DNA of 10,024 nucleotides from Promethearchaeota archaeon (GTDB lineage Archaea; Asgardarchaeota; Lokiarchaeia; Sigyniarchaeales; SOKP01): positions 1 to 10,024 of the forward strand of contig JAHLWH010000042.1 in assembly GCA_019058015.1 (NCBI GenBank), written 5' to 3'. The stretch's first letter is position 1. Every line of letters starts with the position of its first letter. A model generated the notes under the pieces. It was given only the letters and a program-made list of their open reading frames with translations, searched no databases and was not told the DNA's origin. The position numbers and the translations under genes are program-made. Shown piece after piece: positions 1 through 6,351 of the stretch.

Positions 1-176
1 ACCCTGAAGGGCGACCGACCTGCTCTGGTCGGGCACTCTTTAGAGTGCTGAGCCTGATCGGTATAACGCAGAGCTTCGCTCTGCCGCTATAGCTTCCGCC
101 TTAGTGTAGAGGTAAGCTATGTGCTTTAGCCCATAGAGGAATCAGATTATAACCTAAGCTACCGCTTTAGCAGGAG
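1..176. repeat. Cluster of short palindromes (REP-like or IS200/IS605-end-like hairpins)
   Basis: Stems seen directly: CCGACC/GGTCGG (15-32), GCACTC-TTTA-GAGTGC (33-48), GCAGAGC-TTC-GCTCTGC (68-84), ATAGCTT..AAGCTAT (89-120), CTATGTGC-TTTA-GCCCATAG (117-136, one mismatch) and degenerate CTACCGC-TTTA-GCAGGAG (159-176). G+C is 67 of the first 120 nt by hand count, well above the coding region. The REP/IS family assignment is inference. Confidence 0.6.
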
Positions 177-193
177 AAAAGTTCAAAAAGGGC

Positions 194-222
194 TTGACAA
201 AATTGCAAAATTGTTATATACT
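194..222 (+). promoter_or_regulatory. Sigma70-type promoter of the operon
   Basis: Perfect -35 TTGACA at 194-199, 17-bp spacer, -10 TATACT at 217-222 (5/6 match), 53 nt upstream of ATG 276. Confidence 0.85.
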
Positions 223-224
223 TA

Positions 225-251
225 GTTTAGAACATTCTAAACGTTCTAAAC
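225..251. promoter_or_regulatory. Palindromic operator, probably bound by the downstream GbsR-family repressor
   Basis: GTTTAGAA-CA-TTCTAAAC inverted repeat (225-242) plus a third half-site GTTCTAAAC (243-251), the exact reverse complement of GTTTAGAAC (225-233). It overlaps the predicted TSS (~229), a typical repressor position. Binder identity is inferred from adjacency. Confidence 0.7.
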
Positions 252-275
252 CAATTGTTAGCAAAGGGTAAAATT

Positions 276-779
276 ATGGAAAGTCCTGAACTTGAGAAAA
301 TAAGAGATGAATTTACAGAAATTGCTGGTCAGCTGAGTGCTCGGCTGGGACTTAGCCGAACTGTGGGCCAGCTATATGCATTGCTTTTCCTAAGCGATGA
401 GCCACTTTGTCTCGATTACATGGTGGAAAGATTAAGAGTAAGCAAGGGGAGTGTAAGTACAAATATTCGCGAATTAGAGAAGTGGGGTGGGGTCAGAAAG
501 GTATGGGTGAAGGGTTCCAGAAAGGATTTTTACGAGGCAAACCCTGATACCTTGAAAATAGTAATTAACAGGTTCAAAGGCGGAATACAAGAAAGACTAA
601 ATGAAATGTCAGAGGGCATAAGTAGGTTTGAGAAAGTCGTATCCGAGATAGAAAGTAACCTTCCTGTAGAAGAGAAAAAGAAGGCCCAGTTCTATAGAGA
701 AAAATTCAGAAAAGTGAAGAAAATGCAAGCCCTGATTAATACTTTCTTGAAAATCATCCCGAAGAAAATTTTACTATGA
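276..779 (+). CDS. GbsR/MarR-family winged-helix transcriptional regulator (167 aa)
   Basis: Motif GLSRTVGQLYALLFLSDEPL..DYMVERLRVSKGSVSTNIRELEKWG.VRKVWVKGSRKDFYEA is typical of the GbsR family. ATG 276 with AAGGG RBS (264-268) is preferred over TTG 255. Confidence 0.9.
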   Translation: MESPELEKIRDEFTEIAGQLSARLGLSRTVGQLYALLFLSDEPLCLDYMVERLRVSKGSVSTNIRELEKWGGVRKVWVKGSRKDFYEANPDTLKIVINRFKGGIQERLNEMSEGISRFEKVVSEIESNLPVEEKKKAQFYREKFRKVKKMQALINTFLKIIPKKILL

Positions 780-967
780 AAAGAATTTTGGAAAAGACAG
801 AAACAACAAAAAAGAAGAATTTCTTAGTCGTGGTGGTTCGACCCGATTTTATGAAAATCGCACCCTTATGGAAGGAACTAAAAAGATTTGTTCCCAGTTC
901 TTTTCATATATTATTCACACTAACTTTTAGGAAAATATCCAATAAAAGAGTTTCTTTCTCAGAGTAG
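776..967 (+). pseudogene. wecB: Degenerate N-terminal fragment of UDP-N-acetylglucosamine 2-epimerase (WecB-like)
   Basis: VVVVRPDFMKIAPLWKELK resembles the WecB N-terminal motif VVGARPNFMKIAPL. In the -1 frame, 910-921 reads IIHT, the expected start of the HTGQHYD motif, after which similarity is lost. ATGA overlap with the regulator stop. Only 63 aa versus roughly 360-380 aa for a full enzyme. Confidence 0.75.
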
Positions 968-990
968 TAATAAATCGGAAAACAAGTGGT

Positions 991-1620
991 ATGCTTAAAT
1001 TATTTATTAAAATTCTAATATATATCCATAACTTTTGTTATCGCTATATTGGAATTCTTGCACATATTTTAGAAAAGGGCATTCATCCTAAGCATCGCCT
1101 CATGAAATATCATCTATTTTTTGTTAATAACATTGATTCTGGAGATAGTGTGTTAGACATTGGATGTGGAAATGGTTATTTAACCTATGATATTTCCGAA
1201 AAGGCAGAAAAAGTTCTCGCTGTGGATTTGGACAGAAAAAATATTGAATTAGCTAAGAAAAAATTTTTTAGGCAGAATATTACCTATCTTGTTGGTGATG
1301 CTACAAAGTTAAATTTAAAGGAGAAATTCGATGTGGTTGTCCTGTCAAATATTCTGGAGCATATAGAGGATAGGCACAGTTTTCTCTCTCGCATCTACAC
1401 ACTTGCTGAGAAATTTTTGATAAGGGTTCCTATGTTAAACCGTGATTGGTTAACCTATTATAAGAAAGAATTGGGATGTAACTATCTTTTGGATCCAACA
1501 CATAAAATAGAATACACACTGGAGACATTTAAAAAAGAGATCGATGAAGCGGGTCTAAAAGTCAAAAGTTATTCCATACAATTTGGAGAAATCTGGGCAG
1601 CGGTGGAGAAGGATGGCTAA
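991..1620 (+). CDS. Class I SAM-dependent methyltransferase
   Basis: Motif I VLDIGCGNG, acidic end of beta2 (AVDLD), GDA, and FDVVVLSNILEHI. Confidence 0.9.
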   Translation: MLKLFIKILIYIHNFCYRYIGILAHILEKGIHPKHRLMKYHLFFVNNIDSGDSVLDIGCGNGYLTYDISEKAEKVLAVDLDRKNIELAKKKFFRQNITYLVGDATKLNLKEKFDVVVLSNILEHIEDRHSFLSRIYTLAEKFLIRVPMLNRDWLTYYKKELGCNYLLDPTHKIEYTLETFKKEIDEAGLKVKSYSIQFGEIWAAVEKDG

Positions 1621-2746
1621 GATGCTCGCTCTATTTTTTTCATTCAGAATCTCTTTAAAGGATTGGTATGATTCAGGAATTTTGGAGAGAGAAGTTAAGC
1701 TCTATAATGAATTGAGCAAATATTTTTACAAGATTTACTTTCTTACCTATGGAGGAGAGGACGATAGGAAATACAACTCATATTTATCTCCTAATATAGA
1801 AGTAGTTCCTATGCCTTTTATTCGAGAGGGAGGAAGAAAGCAATTTCGCCCGGTGATGTTAATCTATTCAATTCTGATGCCTTTTATTCATCGGAAAATA
1901 TTGAAAAATGCCAGTATCTTGAAAACAAATCAAATTCCCGGTTGTTGGACTGCTGTCATGGCAAAAATGATTTTCAAGAAGAGGCTTATCTTAAGGTGCG
2001 GGTATATCTGGTCGTATGTTGCTTTGCAGAATAAGGAGAATGCTATCAAAGTATACATCAAAAAGATAATAGAGAAGTTCTCCTGTGCTTTTTCTGATGC
2101 AGTAGTCTGTTCTTCGTTAGCGGACCAAGATTACTTAGCGAGAAATTATAAAGTAAAAGCAAAGGTAATTCCCAATTATGTTGATACGGAAATCTTTAGA
2201 CCCTTGAGCATTCCCAAGAGAAAAGATTCGATATGCTTTGTGGGAAGGCTGGAAAAGGAAAAAAATGTAATTGCCTTACTGGAGGCATTAAAAGGGTTGC
2301 CTTATAATCTTACAATAATTGGCAGAGGCAGTATGAGAGAAAAACTGGAAAAGAAAGCAGAGGTGGATAATATTAACGTGAGGTTTATGAATAATGTCCC
2401 TCACTCAAAACTTCCTGAAATTTTAAATCAGCATGAAATATTCATTCTGCCATCTCTTTACGAAGGGACGCCGAAAGCCCTTTTAGAGGCAATGAGTTGT
2501 GGACTTCCAGTAATAGGTACGAATGTAAAGGGTATAAAAGAAATAATTCAACATGAAAAAAATGGAATTTTGTGTGAGGTAAATCCTGAATCCATACGAA
2601 AGGCCATATTAAGAGTAATGGATAACGATGGTTTAAAAGAGAGTTTAGGCAAAGAAGCCAGGAAAACAATCGAGGAAGGTTATACATTAGAGAAATTGAT
2701 TGAGTGGGAAGGAAGAATATATGAAAATATTATTATTGAATATTAA
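1613..2746 (+). CDS. Glycosyltransferase family 4 (GT-B fold), 377 aa
   Basis: IPNYVDTEIF, FVGRLEKEKN, FILPSLYEGTPKALLEAMSCGLPVIGT (EX7E motif). ATG 1613 with GGAG at 1605-1608, overlapping the upstream stop, is preferred over TTG 1583. Confidence 0.92.
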   Translation: MAKMLALFFSFRISLKDWYDSGILEREVKLYNELSKYFYKIYFLTYGGEDDRKYNSYLSPNIEVVPMPFIREGGRKQFRPVMLIYSILMPFIHRKILKNASILKTNQIPGCWTAVMAKMIFKKRLILRCGYIWSYVALQNKENAIKVYIKKIIEKFSCAFSDAVVCSSLADQDYLARNYKVKAKVIPNYVDTEIFRPLSIPKRKDSICFVGRLEKEKNVIALLEALKGLPYNLTIIGRGSMREKLEKKAEVDNINVRFMNNVPHSKLPEILNQHEIFILPSLYEGTPKALLEAMSCGLPVIGTNVKGIKEIIQHEKNGILCEVNPESIRKAILRVMDNDGLKESLGKEARKTIEEGYTLEKLIEWEGRIYENIIIEY

Positions 2747-4102
2747 TTCGTATATCTTTTTTTATGAGTAGTTAGTTATCCCTTTTGGGCTTGCGAGTCT
2801 GGGCTCTTATGTTGAAAAGGAGGGTTACACTATAAAGGGCATTGATATGAATGTTCCAGATGAAAAAACAGCAATTAGATATCTCAATGTTGACCACGAA
2901 TTGCTAACCAAGATAGTGGAATATTCCCCCCATATAATTTCAATGAGTAGTTATGCATCAAATATGTATAATATTTTGTTCTGGGCCAGGATACTAAAAA
3001 AATCCCTGCCCAATGTCTTTATAGTAGTAGGAGGGAATCATGTTTCTTATATTGCAAAAGAATGTTTGGAGAAAGGCCTAGAAATTGATATGGTTGTTAG
3101 ATTTGAAGGTGAGATACCGTTTAAAATGATTTGTGAAAACATTGCCAAAAATCACCATGATTATTCGAACATACGCTATATCGTATATAGAAAAAATGGA
3201 AAAATCGTTGAAAATGAATTAATCAGTTTGATCAAAAATATCAGCTCACTTCCACCCCTCAACAGAGAGTATTTTAGGGATTCAATGAGAGGAGAAATTG
3301 TTAATCATGCGGATACAATAACAGCCCGTGGATGTCCATTTCATTGTACCTTTTGTGATTGTAACCATTATTGGAAAAAAACATATAGAGCAAAAAGTAT
3401 TAAATCAGTTATTGGTGAATTTAAAGACCTTTGCGAGAAATATCCAAATTTAAAGACTGTTCGGTTTCGTGACGAATCACTCACAATTAGCAAAAATCGA
3501 TGTCTTAAATTGTGTGATGAAATTGTAAAAAACAGAATTGCGCTCAAATTCCAAGCTCATTCTCGTTTGGATGGCCTTGATGAAGAGGTTATTAAATACT
3601 TATCAATGGCTGGATTTGAGAGGTTATTTATCGGTTTAGAATCTGGAAGCCAAACCGTATTAGAGAGACTCAGGAAAGGAATAGATATTTCAAAGGCTGA
3701 AGAAGTAATCTCTTTACTGAGAAGATATAAAATAAAATTTAGAATATCTTTTATGATTTCAACCAGAGATGAAACTTTAAGAGAGACAATGCAAACAGTT
3801 AAGCTGATAAAGAAATTAAAACTTAAAAGCGGGGAATTTTATTAGGAACATCGGTTCAGATTTATCCTGGGACATATGAATGTGATAAATTTTTGGAGCA
3901 AAATCCTAATTACAGATGGCTTACGACTGATTATGATTTTAAAGGGAAATATTTTGGTTTCAAAGACCCTCTTAATAATTTAATTTTTCCCTATTTGCGA
4001 CCATATGGGAAGTTTGAGATACTTTTGGTTTACTTGATGCTGGGGCCAGAATTTGTTTTTAAAAAAATAAAAAATAGACTTTTCAGTAAATTGAAAACTT
4101 GA
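2721..4102 (+). pseudogene. Cobalamin-binding radical SAM enzyme interrupted by an in-frame TAG and a -1 frameshift (about 460 aa reconstructed)
   Basis: ATG 2721 gives MKILLLNINSYIFFYE*LVIPFGLASLGSYVEKEG, in frame with ORF 2847, with TAG at 2769-2771. B12-domain VVGGNHVS and VVRFEGE, RGCPFHCTFC (CX3CX2C), IGLESGS. At 3842 the -1 frame reads LGTSVQIYPGTYECDKF and continues into ORF 3893-4102. Confidence 0.85.
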
Positions 4103-4124
4103 CGATGAATTTACTTGGTGAAAT

Positions 4125-5162
4125 ATGAGTAGTAACAAGGTAAGAATATTTCTTTTGGGTAGGGATAAGGTTGGCTGGTCAATAGATAGAGATAGAGAAG
4201 CTATTTTTGGATTTTTAAAAGGGAGTAATTTTGAAATTACTGATAACATTTTTAAAGCTACTCATATTCTTTGTGTATGGTATGATTTCTTACTTGGATT
4301 CAAGTATTCCTGGATGTTTTATTTTAAAAGAATATTTAATAAAAGAATAATTGTAGTAATTACCAATGATATTACTTTTTTTCCAGAAAAATTAAATTCT
4401 TTAAGAGATCTGGTTGATGCATATATTGTACCTTCTGAAAAACTCTATAGATTTTTTAAAGGGCAAAAATTAAAGGCTTATAGAATTCCTTTCTTTGTTG
4501 ATCCTAATGTTTTTAAAGCCCTTTCATTAACCAAGGAAGAAATTTGCAAAAAAATATTCATGAAATATAGAACATTTGAAAATAAAATAGTAATAGGATC
4601 ATTTCAACGAGATTCCATTGGGGGAAATTTAACGAAACCTAAATGGCAGAAAAACCCTGATTTACTAATTGAAATTTTGGAAAAACTTCCTAGAAAAAAA
4701 TTCACCCTTTTACTAGCTGGACCAAGAAGACATTATATTATTAACAAATGCATGGATAAGAATATAAATTTTGTGTTTTATGGTAAATATTCTTATTTGA
4801 AAAATTTTAAGGATGATATTTTAGTTAATAACCTTTCTCTAGAAACAATTAATTACTTATATAACTTAAGTGATATTTACATTGTAACTTCAAGAAGTGA
4901 GGGTGGCCCAAAACAAGTGCTAGAAAGTGCTTTAACTAAGACCATAATCTTTTCAACAAATGTAGGATTAGCACCAGATATTTTATCTCCAGAATTGATA
5001 TATAACAATGTAGAAGTTTTATTAGAAAAAATAAAAACATTTTTAAAAGACCCTGAAAGTTTCAAAGAAATAATTGAGTATAATTATCAAAAAGCCAAAA
5101 AAGAAATGGATGAGTCGAAATTAAAAGAACTATATAAGGAAATTATTTTAGAAAATATTTAG
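4125..5162 (+). CDS. GT-B glycosyltransferase (divergent GT4-like)
   Basis: IPFFVDPNVFK, LYNLSDIYIVTSRSEGGPKQVLES (EX7E), STNVGLA. RBS GGTGA at 4117-4121. Confidence 0.85.
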   Translation: MSSNKVRIFLLGRDKVGWSIDRDREAIFGFLKGSNFEITDNIFKATHILCVWYDFLLGFKYSWMFYFKRIFNKRIIVVITNDITFFPEKLNSLRDLVDAYIVPSEKLYRFFKGQKLKAYRIPFFVDPNVFKALSLTKEEICKKIFMKYRTFENKIVIGSFQRDSIGGNLTKPKWQKNPDLLIEILEKLPRKKFTLLLAGPRRHYIINKCMDKNINFVFYGKYSYLKNFKDDILVNNLSLETINYLYNLSDIYIVTSRSEGGPKQVLESALTKTIIFSTNVGLAPDILSPELIYNNVEVLLEKIKTFLKDPESFKEIIEYNYQKAKKEMDESKLKELYKEIILENI

Positions 5163-5166
5163 TTAT

Positions 5167-6246
5167 ATGAAAATAAATATTTTATATGATTTTCGACAAG
5201 GTCCCTGGGGTGGTGGGAATCAATTTTTAAAGGCTCTTCGGGAGTATTTTAAACGAGAGAGAGTTTATTTAGAGAATCCAGAAGATGCAGATGTTATTTT
5301 ATTTAATAGCCATCACTTTTTTGACGATGTTTTTGATATAAAGAAAAAATATCCAGATAAAATTTTAATACACAGAGTAGATGGGCCTGTTTTCCTTATA
5401 AGGGGTAAGGATAAAGTAATTGATAAAATTATTTTCCAATTTAATTCTCTTTTTGCTGATGGGACAATATTCCAATCCAACTGGAGCAGAAAAGAATGTC
5501 ATAAATTGGGCATGAAAAAATTAAAATATGAAGCGATAATTATGAATGCCCCTGATCCAACCATATTTAATACGATTGAGAAAAAGTTGTTTAATAAAAA
5601 AAAGAAAAAATTGATAGCCACAAGTTGGTCTCCAAATTTCATAAAAGGTTTTGATATTTATAAATATTTAGATGAAAATCTTGATTTTTCGAAATATGAA
5701 ATGATTTTTATTGGGAATTCGCCAATAGGATATAAAAATATAAAATGGATAAGACCAGTTCCAAGTGAAGAAGTAGCTAAAATTTTGAAAGAACATGATA
5801 TCTATATAATAGCAAGCAGGAACGACCCATGCTCTAATACTCTCATAGAAGCTCTTCATTGTGGTTTACCGGTTGTAGCAAGAAATAGTGGCGGTCATCC
5901 GGAAATTATAGGTGGATCTGGTGAGTTTTTTAATGATGAAGAGGATATTTTAATTGCCATTAATAAGGTTGCCAATAATTATGAATATTATCAGAGCCAA
6001 ATAGACTTGCCAAGAATAGACAATATTGGAGACAGATACTATAGATTTTCTGAAAATATTTATAAAGATTTTTTAAATGGTAATTATTATTCTAAAAAGG
6101 TAAATATTTTAAGTACTGCAAAGTTTATAGATATGAAATTAAAAACTACAAAATGGAGGATTATCAGTAGATTCCAGAATTTATATAGAAAATGTTTGAA
6201 TCTGATTAAAGGAAATATCAAATGCAAAAAGCAGATGCATATTTAG
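5167..6246 (+). CDS. Glycosyltransferase family 4
   Basis: N-terminal GPWGGGNQF glycine loop, KGFDIY, and DIYIIASRNDPCSNTLIEALHCGLPVVARNSGGHPEII (DX7E variant of EX7E). Confidence 0.88.
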   Translation: MKINILYDFRQGPWGGGNQFLKALREYFKRERVYLENPEDADVILFNSHHFFDDVFDIKKKYPDKILIHRVDGPVFLIRGKDKVIDKIIFQFNSLFADGTIFQSNWSRKECHKLGMKKLKYEAIIMNAPDPTIFNTIEKKLFNKKKKKLIATSWSPNFIKGFDIYKYLDENLDFSKYEMIFIGNSPIGYKNIKWIRPVPSEEVAKILKEHDIYIIASRNDPCSNTLIEALHCGLPVVARNSGGHPEIIGGSGEFFNDEEDILIAINKVANNYEYYQSQIDLPRIDNIGDRYYRFSENIYKDFLNGNYYSKKVNILSTAKFIDMKLKTTKWRIISRFQNLYRKCLNLIKGNIKCKKQMHI

Positions 6247-6323
6247 TAAAGATAGATTCTTATTGGAGCAATTACATTCCATTATGTTATGAAATTTTTG
6301 ATAGAAAAGAAGAGAAATATTGA
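6222..6323 (+). CDS. Possible 33-aa small ORF or gene remnant (MQKADAYLVKIDSYWSNYIPLCYEIFDRKEEKY)
   Basis: ATG 6222 preceded by AAGGAA (6209-6214) at 7-nt spacing, TGA 6321-6323. It overlaps the end of the upstream GT like other genes of this operon and fills most of the largest gap. No family recognised. Confidence 0.35.
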   Translation: MQKADAYLVKIDSYWSNYIPLCYEIFDRKEEKY

Positions 6324-6351
6324 TTACTAAATTTTTAATGGAAAGCAATTA

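Noticed and set aside
1-176. CRISPR array, tRNA or rho-independent terminator
   Set aside because: No regularly spaced identical repeats, no cloverleaf or TTC-arm context, and the clean hairpins are not followed by a U-tract.
255-275. ORF-track starts TTG 255, TTG 1583 and GTG 9129
   Set aside because: Downstream ATGs at 276, 1613 and 9168 have an RBS or a stop-start overlap and fit the domain starts better.
3843-3981. Amber readthrough at TAG 3843-3845 in frame 0
   Set aside because: The frame-0 continuation (EHRFRFILGHMNVINFW...) lacks family motifs, while the -1 frame holds the conserved QIYPGT. This is a frameshift, not a readthrough.
3893-4102. 69-aa ORF as an independent gene
   Set aside because: TTG start with no evident RBS, and its frame extends upstream through the PGT motif. 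It is the C-terminus of the broken radical SAM gene.
4080-4104. TTTTCA-N6-TGAAAA palindrome and TTGACG as an internal operator or promoter
   Set aside because: Short AT-rich arms inside coding sequence, poor match to the 225-251 operator, and no -10 element at 16-18 bp.
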